This document shows positions 1 through 12,232 of a stretch of DNA of 64,000 nucleotides, piece after piece. The DNA is from Eledone cirrhosa (taxonomy: Eukaryota). The DNA is taken from the NCBI GenBank assembly GCA_964016885.1, contig OZ024740.1:66402001-66466000 (forward strand), written 5' to 3'. Position 1 is the first letter of the stretch. Each line of letters opens with the position of its first letter. The notes beneath the pieces were generated by a model. It was not told the DNA's origin. It saw only the letters and a program-made list of their open reading frames with translations, and did not search any database. Position numbers and translations under genes: made by a program.

Positions 1-391
1 AGCACCACCATCACCTACACCACAAAAGTCACCAAAATTCGAAACAGAAACAAACCCACAACAAACGCAAACAAAACAAAACAACCAAAACGATACACAC
101 TACACAGCATTAAATTTGAACAACAAGCAATTATTACACTACATCCAACACAACACCAGCATCACAGAAAAAGACTACACAACAACCCCAAAATTCACAC
201 CACCTCCACACATACAAATCACTCGCATCACACAGAAAACGTACATGACACTAAAACAAAAATTCCCCAAAGACATCGGAGACTTCCGACAAGCACTCTC
301 CAGGAGGATTTATAAGGACATCCTTCCTGAGGAGGCCACAAGCAGTGAAAAGGATGGAAAAGCCCTCCTTCCCCTACGAGAAGTAAGGTAA
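1..391 (+). CDS. C-terminal part of Tx1 ORF1, copy A (partial)
   Basis: Ends ...LPLREVR* like ORF1 in the other copies; truncated by the window edge. Confidence 0.8.
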   Translation, partial: APPSPTPQKSPKFETETNPQQTQTKQNNQNDTHYTALNLNNKQLLHYIQHNTSITEKDYTTTPKFTPPPHIQITRITQKTYMTLKQKFPKDIGDFRQALSRRIYKDILPEEATSSEKDGKALLPLREVR

Positions 392-425
392 GTGGTCTTT
401 CCCATCTTTTCCACTCCTTTTCAAC

Positions 426-3400
426 ATGACCTCACTCAGAATAGGCAGCATAAATGCGCGTGGCTTGGGGTCGTCATGGAAGCAGGGCCACCTGCTCAAC
501 GACCTCAGGTCACTAAACATAGATGTAGTGGCCATCAGCGAGACCAGAATCTTCGAAGCACAGGCTTTCGCACCGATCTTCGGCGGCTATGATGTGTACG
601 CATCTCCCAGCCGTCCGGGATCGGGGGGAGGAGTTGCTGTGCTTTTTCGGAGAGGTTTGGATCTTGCCATACGGGCCATCTTCCTGGACCCAGAAGGTAA
701 GTTGGTGGTGCTGGACGTGACCAGCGGAGACGGGCAAGCTTTCAGGTTAGTGGCCGTCTATGCCCCGACAGGAGCAGGGCGGCCTGATTTCTTCCGGCGT
801 CTTGAGACCTTTCTTGGAACGTCCCGCTCTTTAGTGTTAGTGGGCGACTGGAACGGGATCTTAGATGCACGCTGGGATTGTGTGGGATTAGTGGATAAGG
901 AAGGATGGTGCAAGAGTCTCACCAACCTGCTCAGACGTTTTGAACTGTCTGACAGGTACCGAATGGATTTCCCGAATGTACCAATGTGGACTTGGACAAA
1001 TCGCATAGGGTCATCCAGATCATATCTAGATAGAGTTTTTTGTAGGGAAATAGATAGGTCTAGCATAGGCTGTCCACAATTCAAGATAGTCAGCTACACG
1101 GACCACAAATTCGTGATCTGTGTGCTTGACATAGATAGGCTTCATAGACGAGGACCCGGCTACTGGAAGTTAAACGCGTCTTTACCAGCGCGCAAGGCCT
1201 ACAGAGACCGGATTAGCGAACTAGTTAAGCGGGCGTTGACGGGGGCCATCGTCAACAACAAGTGGTGGTTTGCTCTGAAAAGAGCAATTAGAATAGAGTC
1301 CATTAGGTTTAGTAAGACTTTAGCAATAGAGAAAAATAGAGCAGAGGGAGAATTAGTTAGAAAATTAGATGAGGCGCTTAGCAAAGCCATCGCGACCGAC
1401 GTGCTTGCGGCGAAATTGGCCCTTGAGCAATTCTTCAATGCAAAGCACGAAGGCTGCGTTGTCAGAGCTAGGGTGCGTGCTCTCAGACACGAGGGGACGA
1501 AAGCCGTTCAATGGGCGCGAGTGGCGGAGGCGCGTCGTGGCAACAAAGCCACGATCCGGTCTTTGGTGGACCACGACGGGCGCATGCTACTCGATCCCGG
1601 GCAAATGTGTGAAGCTTTTCAGCGACACTTCGCTCAACTGTTCGGGCGCAGTGGCGGGCCGGATCGAGGGATGGACTTTAGTGTCTACCTCGACGGACTG
1701 CCCCGGCTTTCGGCCACTGAGACGGAGTGTTGCGAAAAGCCGATAACAACCGCTGAAGTACGGGATGCAATGACTAGTTGCACAAGGGGTAAATCGCCTG
1801 GTTTGGATGGTCTGCCCTATGAACTTTACGTACAAATGCAAAACTTGTTCGGAGGCCTCTTGGCGGACGTCTACTGCAACTGGCAACAGAACGGGAGAAT
1901 TCCCAGCTCTGTGAGCCGAGGAGCGGTGGGGCTGCTGAGAAAGGATCCGAACAAGGGGGATAACATAGATAATTTTAGGCCCATAACTCTGCTAAACACA
2001 GAGTTCAAGATTTTGGCCAAGGTGCTAGCAAAGAGGTTGGCGCTTGTCGTTGGTGGTCTGGTGGGAGAGGCACAGACATGCGCCATTCCCGACAGATCCA
2101 TCCACGACAACCTCCACCTCATGCGATACATCGTAGAGAGGGTAGCTAGGGAACCTGGCACGGGTGGGTCTTTGATCAATTTCGATCAGTCGAAAGCCTT
2201 CGATAGGGTCGACCATCGTTACCTAACGGCAGTCCTGAGGGCGGCTGGCTTTGGGCCCGTCTTCAGAGGCTGGATCGCTGCCATGCACAGCGACATCTGC
2301 TCTGTAGTGAGAGTGAACGGTCACCTTTCGGAACCGTTCAACATCATGCGCTCGGTCCGCCAAGGATGTCCCCTCTCGTCCCTATTGTACGTATTGACTC
2401 TCGAGCCATTACTGCACAAACTGGAGACGTTGAGGGGGGTCCCGCGCGAACTAGGATGCGGAAGATCCGTGTCAGCATATACCGACGATGTCACCGTAGT
2501 GGTGTCGAACGCCAAACACATCGAGGCGATCGGCACTACACTAAGAGAATACGAAGCGGTGACAGGAGCAATGATCAACCAGGAAAAGCAGTGGGCCTGC
2601 AGCTCGGCACCTGGAGAGGCAGGTCCATGCCGTCCAACAGCGTCGTCGGGCGCTGGACGGACGGACCGGCTAAATTGCTAGGGGTCTGGTTCGGTCCAGA
2701 CCTCCAGACGGACAAAAACTGGGACGAGGTGACGAGCAGGGTGGCTTCTCTCACCCAGAAATGGGCCGAGAGGAAGCTATCCCTGAAAGGTCGAGCGGAG
2801 GTGGCGAATGCGTACGTCGCATCCGTCATCTACTACCGCCTGACCGTCATACCTTGTCCTAAGCCCCGCCTGACTGCGCTGGAGCGTTTGCTCTTTCGCT
2901 TCTTGTGGAAGGGACGCGCTCCGATGGTCAGGCGGTCCATCTGCTGTCAACACCCGCTACGTGGAGGGCTGGGCATGCCGTGGCTGATGATGCGCAGACA
3001 CGCGCTCAGGCTACGACATCTCCACCTCTTCCTCGACGGTGATCAGGTGTGGTCGCCGTTTGCAAGACACGTTTTCCCCCGCTCGTCTCCTTGACGGAGC
3101 TGCAGTCCTGGGTCAAGCGAAGACCGAGAGGGAGCGCTTGGAGACTGGAATGTCTTCAGGCGCTCACAGCCCTCGACCAATCGGGCAATGTGATCGGTGG
3201 AAACTCCACCTTGGCGTTCTATAGGGGATTAGTGGAGGGGAAGAGCGACGACGTACTTGGAGAAACTCTAGGCGTCGACGAAAATCAACTAGCCAATCTC
3301 TTCGGAAGGACTTTCGGGCCGGGGCCTATGGACAACTTCCAGAAATCCCTGGCCTGGCAGTGCTACCGAGGAGCTTTGCCAGTTCGGGATAAACTCTACA

Positions 3401-3843
3401 GTCATGGAGGTGCCGTCAGCCGGGCATGTCCGAGATGCGCGCAGGGCGACGAAACCGTCCTGCACGCACTCGTCCAGTGTCCGAGCATTGCTGACTTGTG
3501 GGTTTATGTCGAACACCTGCTGTCACGTGTAGGACCTATCCGGCTATCAGCTGAGTCCATCGTGAGGATTGCCCCGCCCCCTTCCTTTAGCCTGGAAGGG
3601 CAGACAGTTTTTATCTGTCTGGTGGCCATGGCGAAAGAGATAGTATGGTGGACACGTTTGAAAGGGCTGAAGACGAGCACTTACCTCTTCGGTGATGCCC
3701 TGATTAACTTTTTCAAATTTCATTTGAAAAGGAAAATCAGGGTAGAGAGGGAAGTGCTCTCTTCCCAGCATTTTGTTGAAAGATGGGTGAGAGAAGCAAG
3801 TATGGCCCGAATGAATGGGCCTTCTCTGAGTATGTGTCTGTAA
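426..3843 (+). pseudogene. Tx1 ORF2 (APE endonuclease + reverse transcriptase + C-terminal CCHC), two frameshifts
   Basis: APE motifs INARGL, ISET, VYAP, GDWN, LDRV, TDH. RT motifs SPGLDG, FRPITLLN, KAFDRV, RQGCPLS, YTDD (YADD in copies C and E). Zinc finger CPRC-X8-H-X4-C. 1-bp losses near 2587 and 3075 relative to copies C and E. Confidence 0.92.
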
Positions 3844-4087
3844 ATTAAAGGTGGAAAACTGGGAGAGGGCACTTGCCCTGGTGGTCAGGGCCACTGTGGT
3901 CTTTTAATGGGCTTTCTCCACAAATGTCCCTTGGAAGTCTCCCCCCTATTGGGGAATTTTTCTTTGTTATTTTATTTCAACCTCTGTTTTTTTTACACGC
4001 AGAAATGCCCTTTTGTACCGTCCTGTATTGTCCTGTACTGTCCTTAATGTCTACTTTATGTGAACCCTTGTGGTTAATAAAGAAAAC

Positions 4088-4105
4088 ATTATTATTATTA
4101 TTATT
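4088..4105 (+). repeat. (ATT)6 spacer between Tx1 copies A and B
   Basis: Directly visible. Confidence 0.97.
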
Positions 4106-4314
4106 GGAGACCTACGTAGGAAATCGTATTATCGTGAGCTCCGCAAAGGTTTGTTATTTCCGTTTGTTTAAAAATTGCCATTTATGGAAAATTTTATTGT
4201 AAACTGTTTATAAGCACACATACATTGTTTTCCGAAAAGGACACCCAAAAAGATTGGGGCCTTGTGCCCAAAATTTTAACTTTTATTATTATCCAAAAAT
4301 TTCTTTGAAAGAAA

Positions 4315-6286
4315 ATGACTAATTCCCCTCTGCACGAAGCAGCTGAAAGCCTTCCTCACAAAATAACACCTCACACCGACACCACCATTGTAAATGTTAC
4401 TACGTTTGCCAACACAAAAAAAATATAAGCAGTAGCAATATTTTAAATTTGTCTCAGGCAGACATTCATTTCCCGCCATTACCAATGACTGCAGGTGTTA
4501 AACCCTCCAACCACACCACCACCGCGACAACCACCACCACCACCACCACCACCGCGACAACAGAAACAAAAGAAGAAAACATAAATTAACTCGTGACGTC
4601 GAAATGAAATCAAGCAAAATGGACTCTTCCCCACCAAAGACGACTGACGTCACCACCACCACAACTGAAAATAAAATTAATATTAACGATAGCAACAACA
4701 ACAACAATGACATTATAAAACCGACCCTCAGTTTCGCCATCGTAGCAAAACAATTCGAAGCGTTCACGGTAACTCAAGAAGATTTAGAAAATGCCAAACA
4801 AATGGTTAAGAAAGATGGGTACAGGGTCAGCCTCCCCCCCCCCACCTAATAAAATGGAGCATCGGCGACTGTGCACCGTGTCGTATAGAACAATAAATGT
4901 AAAATCGCGCCGAGTAGAACGAGCATCCGAGTCCCAAATCCAAAAAGCTTTGGGACATGTGTGGGCAAGAAAAACCCACATCAGACGTGGGCAAAAGTAT
5001 GGAACCGTGGATGTGTTCTTTGAAACACCAGAGGAGGCTAGAGAACACTCCATGGCCCCATTAAAAAGTGACAACCTCACACTCGTCCCAAGCTATTGTG
5101 GCCAGAGACTCGTAAAGATCAGGGTGACCCACGTTCCACCAGCCATCGAAATTCCCTGGCTAATAGCGGCTGTCCTCGCCGGCATCGAAGCCAACACGAA
5201 AATAATAGCAGTAGCAAAAGAAAAGCAGGAAAACTGGTCCGGATCTGGGATGGAGCTCCTGATCCAAGCGGACCAAAAAAGCATTGAGGAGATCCCAGAG
5301 GTAATAGACCTCACTGACGGCAGCCACCTCACGGTAATTGTCGAGGGCAGAAGACCTAGGTGTGTCGTTTGTGGTGAAGGAACCCACCTAAGGGCTTTCT
5401 GCCCTCAGGCTAAAAGGTTGAGGCCACCTCTCCTACCCACCCCAGTGACAAAACCATCAACACCACCACTAGCAGAGATGGCAGCAACAACAGAAGCAAC
5501 TATAACAGCAACAACCCCAGCAACAGTAGCCAAACCAACACCACTACCACCACCAGCAAAACCAACACCACCACCACCCAACGCTTCAGAACTAGCACCA
5601 GCGCCTACACCATCCACCACACCACAACCAAAACTAACGGCTGTGGAGGATTTTCCACTCCCCGGTCTATCACAACTGGAGACAGATTGTGACGACGAGG
5701 AGTGGGAAACGATATCCGGAAAAAAAAAAGAAACCAAAAAAGAAAAAATTCTCTTCCTTCCCCCTCCAAAAACAAAATACAGAGGGAAACAAATAAACTA
5801 AGAAACAAAAAAGTTAGGACAGATATGCCACCATCCACACCAGCATCACCAACCCCATCAACCCAAACACCAACACCATCACCATCATTATCCCCAGCAC
5901 CACCATCACCTACACCACAAAAGTCACCAAAATTCGAAACAGAAACAAACCCACAACAAACGCAAACAAAACAAAACAACCAAAACGATACACACTACAC
6001 AGCATTAAATTTGAACAACAAGCAATTATTACACTACATCCAACACAACACCAGCATCACAGAAAAAGACTACACAACAACCCCAAAATTCACACCACCT
6101 CCACACATACAAATCACTCGCATCACACAGAAAACGTACATGACACTAAAACAAAAATTCCCCAAAGACATCGGAGACTTCCGACAAGCACTCTCCAGGA
6201 GGATTTATAAGGACATCCTTCCTGAGGAGGCCACAAGCAGTGAAAAGGATGGAAAAGCCCTCCTTCCCCTACGAGAAGTAAGGTAA
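4315..6286 (+). pseudogene. Tx1 ORF1 (gag-like, CX2CX4HX4C knuckle, P/T-rich), frameshifted
   Basis: CVVCGEGTHLRAFC knuckle. Split into ORFs 4604-4849, 4791-5801 and 5702-6286 by homopolymer indels. Confidence 0.85.
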
Positions 6287-6320
6287 GTGGTCTTTCCCAT
6301 CTTTTCCACTCCTTTTCAAC

Positions 6321-9300
6321 ATGACCTCACTCAGAATAGGCAGCATAAATGCGCGTGGCTTGGGGTCGTCATGGAAGCAGGGCCACCTGCTCAACGACCT
6401 CAGGTCACTAAACATAGATGTAGTGGCCATCAGCGAGACCAGAATCTTCGAAGCACAGGCTTTCGCACCGATCTTCGGCGGCTATGATGTGTACGCATCT
6501 CCCAGCCGTCCGGGATCGGGGGGAGGAGTTGCTGTGCTTTTTCGGAGAGGTTTGGATCTTGCCATACGGGCCATCTTCCTGGACCCAGAAGGTAAGTTGG
6601 TGGTGCTGGACGTGACCAGCGGAGACGGGCAAGCTTTCAGGTTAGTGGCCGTCTATGCCCCGACAGGAGCAGGGCGGCCTGATTTCTTCCGGCGTCTTGA
6701 GACCTTTCTTGGAACGTCCCGCTCTTTAGTGTTAGTGGGCGACTGGAACGGGATCTTAGATGCACGCTGGGATTGTGTGGGATTAGTGGATAAGGAAGGA
6801 TGGTGCAAGAGTCTCACCAACCTGCTCAGACGTTTTGAACTGTCTGACAGGTACCGAATGGATTTCCCGAATGTACCAATGTGGACTTGGACAAATCGCA
6901 TAGGGTCATCCAGATCATATCTAGATAGAGTTTTTTGTAGGGAAATAGATAGGTCTAGCATAGGCTGTCCACAATTCAAGATAGTCAGCTACACGGACCA
7001 CAAATTCGTGATCTGTGTGCTTGACATAGATAGGCTTCATAGACGAGGACCCGGCTACTGGAAGTTAAACGCGTCTTTACCAGCGCGCAAGGCCTACAGA
7101 GACCGGATTAGCGAACTAGTTAAGCGGGCGTTGACGGGGGCCATCGTCAACAACAAGTGGTGGTTTGCTCTGAAAAGAGCAATTAGAATAGAGTCCATTA
7201 GGTTTAGTAAGACTTTAGCAATAGAGAAAAATAGAGCAGAGGGAGAATTAGTTAGAAAATTAGATGAGGCGCTTAGCAAAGCCATCGCGACCGACGTGCT
7301 TGCGGCGAAATTGGCCCTTGAGCAATTCTTCAATGCAAAGCACGAAGGCTGCGTTGTCAGAGCTAGGGTGCGTGCTCTCAGACACGAGGGGACGAAAGCC
7401 GTTCAATGGGCGCGAGTGGCGGAGGCGCGTCGTGGCAACAAAGCCACGATCCGGTCTTTGGTGGACCACGACGGGCGCATGCTACTCGATCCCGGGCAAA
7501 TGTGTGAAGCTTTTCAGCGACACTTCGCTCAACTGTTCGGGCGCAGTGGCGGGCCGGATCGAGGGATGGACTTTAGTGTCTACCTCGACGGACTGCCGCG
7601 GCTTTCGGCCACTGAGACGGAGTGTTGCGAAAAGCCGATAACAACCGCTGAAGTACGGGATGCAATGACTAGTTGCACAAGGGGTAAATCGCCTGGTTTG
7701 GATGGTCTGCCCTATGAACTTTACGTACAAATGCAAAACTTGTTCGGAGGCCTCTTGGCGGACGTCTACTGCAACTGGCAACAGAACGGGAGAATTCCCA
7801 GCTCTGTGAGCCGAGGAGCGGTGGGGCTGCTGAGAAAGGATCCGAACAAGGGGGATAACATAGATAATTTTAGGCCCATAACTCTGCTAAACACAGAGTT
7901 CAAGATTTTGGCCAAGGTGCTAGCAAAGAGGTTGGCGCTTGTCGTTGGTGGTCTGGTGGGAGAGGCACAGACATGCGCCATTCCCGACAGATCCATCCAC
8001 GACAACCTCCACCTCATGCGATACATCGTAGAGAGGGTAGCTAGGGAACCTGGCACGGGTGGGTCTTTGATCAATTTCGATCAGTCGAAAGCCTTCGATA
8101 GGGTCGACCATCGTTACCTAACGGCAGTCCTGAGGGCGGCTGGCTTTGGGCCCGTCTTCAGAGGCTGGATCGCTGCCATGCACAGCGACATCTGCTCTGT
8201 AGTGAGAGTGAACGGTCACCTTTCGGAACCGTTCAACATCATGCGCTCGGTCCGCCAAGGATGTCCCCTCTCGTCCCTATTGTACGTATTGACTCTCGAG
8301 CCATTACTGCACAAACTGGAGACGTTGAGGGGGGTCCCGCGCGAACTAGGATGCGGAAGATCCGTGTCAGCATATACCGACGATGTCACCGTAGTGGTGT
8401 CGAACGCCAAACACATCGAGGCGATCGGCACTACACTAAGAGAATACGAAGCGGTGACAGGAGCAATGATCAACCAGGAAAAGCAGTGGGCCTGCAGCTC
8501 GGCACCTGGAGAGGCAGGTCCATGCCGTCCAACAGCGTCGTCGGGCGCTGGACGGACGGACCGGCTAAATTGCTAGGGGTCTGGTTCGGTCCAGACCTCC
8601 AGACGGACAAAAACTGGGACGAGGTGACGAGCAGGGTGGCTTCTCTCACCCAGAAATGGGCCGAGAGGAAGCTATCCCTGAAAGGTCGAGCGGAGGTGGC
8701 GAATGCGTACGTCGCATCCGTCATCTACTACCGCCTGACCGTCATACCTTGTCCTAAGCCCCGCCTGACTGCGCTGGAGCGTTTGCTCTTTCGCTTCTTG
8801 TGGAAGGGACGCGCTCCGATGGTCAGGCGGTCCATCTGCTGTCAACACCCGCTACGTGGAGGGCTGGGCATGCCGTGGCTGATGATGCGCAGACACGCGC
8901 TCAGGCTACGACATCTCCACCTCTTCCTCGACGGTGATCAGGTGTGGTCGCCGTTTGCAAGACACGTTTTCCCCCGCTCGTCTCCTTGACGGAGCTGCAG
9001 TCCTGGGTCAAGCGAAGACCGAGAGGGAGCGCTTGGAGACTGGAATGTCTTCAGGCGCTCACAGCCCTCGACCAATCGGGCAATGTGATCGGTGGAAACT
9101 CCACCTTGGCGTTCTATAGGGGATTAGTGGAGGGGAAGAGCGACGACGTACTTGGAGAAACTCTAGGCGTCGACGAAAATCAACTAGCCAATCTCTTCGG
9201 AAGGACTTTCGGGCCGGGGCCTATGGACAACTTCCAGAAATCCCTGGCCTGGCAGTGCTACCGAGGAGCTTTGCCAGTTCGGGATAAACTCTACAGTCAT

Positions 9301-9738
9301 GGAGGTGCCGTCAGCCGGGCATGTCCGAGATGCGCGCAGGGCGACGAAACCGTCCTGCACGCACTCGTCCAGTGTCCGAGCATTGCTGACTTGTGGGTTT
9401 ATGTCGAACACCTGCTGTCACGTGTAGGACCTATCCGGCTATCAGCTGAGTCCATCGTGAGGATTGCCCCGCCCCCTTCCTTTAGCCTGGAAGGGCAGAC
9501 AGTTTTTATCTGTCTGGTGGCCATGGCGAAAGAGATAGTATGGTGGACACGTTTGAAAGGGCTGAAGACGAGCACTTACCTCTTCGGTGATGCCCTGATT
9601 AACTTTTTCAAATTTCATTTGAAAAGGAAAATCAGGGTAGAGAGGGAAGTGCTCTCTTCCCAGCATTTTGTTGAAAGATGGGTGAGAGAAGCAAGTATGG
9701 CCCGAATGAATGGGCCTTCTCTGAGTATGTGTCTGTAA
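6321..9738 (+). pseudogene. Tx1 ORF2, copy B, same two frameshifts as copy A
   Basis: The 751, 242 and 264 aa ORF pieces are identical to those of copy A. Confidence 0.92.
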
Positions 9739-9982
9739 ATTAAAGGTGGAAAACTGGGAGAGGGCACTTGCCCTGGTGGTCAGGGCCACTGTGGTCTTTT
9801 AATGGGCTTTCTCCACAAATGTCCCTTGGAAGTCTCCCCCCTATTGGGGAATTTTTCTTTGTTATTTTATTTCAACCTCTGTTTTTTTTACACGCAGAAA
9901 TGCCCTTTTGTACCGTCCTGTATTGTCCTGTACTGTCCTTAATGTCTACTTTATGTGAACCCTTGTGGTTAATAAAGAAAAC

Positions 9983-10000
9983 ATTATTATTATTATTATT
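9983..10000 (+). repeat. (ATT)6 spacer between Tx1 copies B and C
   Basis: Directly visible. Confidence 0.97.
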
Positions 10001-10209
10001 GGAGACCTACGTAGGAAATCGTATTATCGTGAGCTCCGCAAAGGTTTGTTATTTCCGTTTGTTTAAAAATTGCCATTTATGGAAAATTTTATTGTAAACT
10101 GTTTATAAGCACACATACATTGTTTTCCGAAAAGGACACCCAAAAAGATTGGGGCCTTGTGCCCAAAATTTTAACTTTTATTATTATCCAAAAATTTCTT
10201 TGAAAGAAA

Positions 10210-12198
10210 ATGACTAATTCCCCTCTGCACGAAGCAGCTGAAAGCCTTCCTCACAAAATAACACCTCACACCGACACCACCATTGTAAATGTTACTACGT
10301 TTGCCAACACAAAAAAAATATAAGCAGTAGCAATATTTTAAATTTGTCTCAGGCAGACATTCATTTCCCGCCATTACCAATGACTGCAGGTGTTAAACCC
10401 TCCAACCACACCACCACCGCGACAACCACCACCACCACCACCACCACCGCGACAACAGAAACAAAAGAAGAAAACATAAATTAACTCGTGACGTCGAAAT
10501 GAAATCAAGCAAAATGGACTCTTCCCCACCAAAGACGACTGACGTCACCACCACCACAACTGAAAATAAAATTAATATTAACGATAGCAACAACAACAAC
10601 AATGACATTATAAAACCGACCCTCAGTTTCGCCATCGTAGCAAAACAATTCGAAGCGTTCACGGTAACTCAAGAAGATTTAGAAAATGCCAAACAAATGG
10701 TTAAGAAAGATGGGTACAGGGTCAGCCTCCCCCCCCCCACCTAATAAAATGGAGCATCGGCGACTGTGCACCGTGTCGTATAGAACAATAAATGTAAAAT
10801 CGCGCCGAGTAGAACGAGCATCCGAGTCCCAAATCCAAAAAGCTTTGGGACATGTGTGGGCAAGAAAAACCCACATCAGACGTGGGCAAAAGTATGGAAC
10901 CGTGGATGTGTTCTTTGAAACACCAGAGGAGGCTAGAGAACACTCCATGGCCCCATTAAAAAGTGACAACCTCACACTCGTCCCAAGCTATTGTGGCCAG
11001 AGACTCGTAAAGATCAGGGTGACCCACGTTCCACCAGCCATCGAAATTCCCTGGCTAATAGCGGCTGTCCTCGCCGGCATCGAAGCCAACACGAAAATAA
11101 TAGCAGTAGCAAAAGAAAAGCAGGAAAACTGGTCCGGATCTGGGATGGAGCTCCTGATCCAAGCGGACCAAAAAAGCATTGAGGCGATCCCAGAGGTAAT
11201 AGACCTCACTGACGGCAGCCACCTCACGGTAATTGTCGAGGGCAGAAGACCTAGGTGTGTCGTTTGTGGTGAAGGAACCCACCTAAGGGCTTTCTGCCCT
11301 CAGGCTAAAAGGTTGAGGCCACCTCTCCTACCCACCCCAGTGACACAACCATCAACACCACCAGTAGCAGAGATGGCAGCAACAACTGTAGCAGCAACAA
11401 CAGAAGCAACTATAACAGCAACAACCCCAGCAACAGTAGCAAAACCAACACCACTACCACCACCAGCAAAACCAACACCACCACCACCCAACGCTTCAGA
11501 ACTAGCACCAGCGCCTACACCATCCACCACACCACAACCAAAACTAACGGCTGTGGAGGATTTTCCACTCCCCGGTCTATCACAACTGGAGACAGATTGT
11601 GACGACGAGGAGTGGGAAACGATATCCGGAAAAAAAAACAGAAACCCAAAAAGAAAAAAATTCTCTTCCTTCTCCCTCCAAAAACAAAACACAGAGGGAA
11701 ACAAATAAACTAAGAAACAAAAAAGTTAGGACAGATATGCCACCATCCACACCAGCATCACCAACCCCATCAACCCAAACACCAACACCATCACCATCAT
11801 TAACTCCAACACCACCATCACCTACACCACAAAAGTCACCAAAATGCGAAACAGAAACAAACCCACAACAAACGCAAACAAAACAAAACAACCAAAACGA
11901 TACACACTACACAGCATTAAATTTGAACAACAAGCAATTATTACACTACATCCAACACAACACCAGCATCACAGAAAAAGACTACACAACAACCCCAAAA
12001 TTCACACCACCTCCACACATACAAATCACTCGCATCACACAGAAAACGTACATGACACTAAAACAAAAATTCCCAAAAGGCATCGGAGACTTCCGACAAG
12101 CACTCTCCAGGAGGATTTATAAGGACATCCTTCCTGAGGAGGCCACAAGCAGTGAAAAGGATGGAAAAACCGTCCTTCCCCTACGAGAAGTAAGGTAA
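10210..12198 (+). pseudogene. Tx1 ORF1, copy C, frameshifted
   Basis: Zinc knuckle present; ORF pieces 10499-10744, 10686-11708 and 11599-12198. Confidence 0.85.
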
Positions 12199-12232
12199 GT
12201 GGTCTTTCCCATCTTTTCCACTCCTTTTCAAC

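Larger units (their letters stand above)
1..4087 (+). mobile_element. Tx1/L1-clade non-LTR retrotransposon, copy A (5' end outside window)
   Basis: ORF1 3' end, APE-RT-CCHC ORF2, and 3' UTR ending AATAAAGAAAAC followed by (ATT)6. Nearly identical to 5896-9982. Confidence 0.93.
4106..9982 (+). mobile_element. Tx1/L1-clade element, copy B (full length)
   Basis: Starts GGAGACCTACGTAGG right after (ATT)6 and ends AATAAAGAAAAC + (ATT)6; repeat period 5895 bp. Confidence 0.94.

Noticed and set aside
4106-4160. HDV-like ribozyme at the Tx1 5' end
   Set aside because: Could not build the nested double pseudoknot or J4/2 by eye.
4255-4290. GGCCTTGTGCCCAAAA in the Tx1 5' UTR resembles the SINE 3' tail
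   Set aside because: Only about 11 bp match, too short to claim a relationship.
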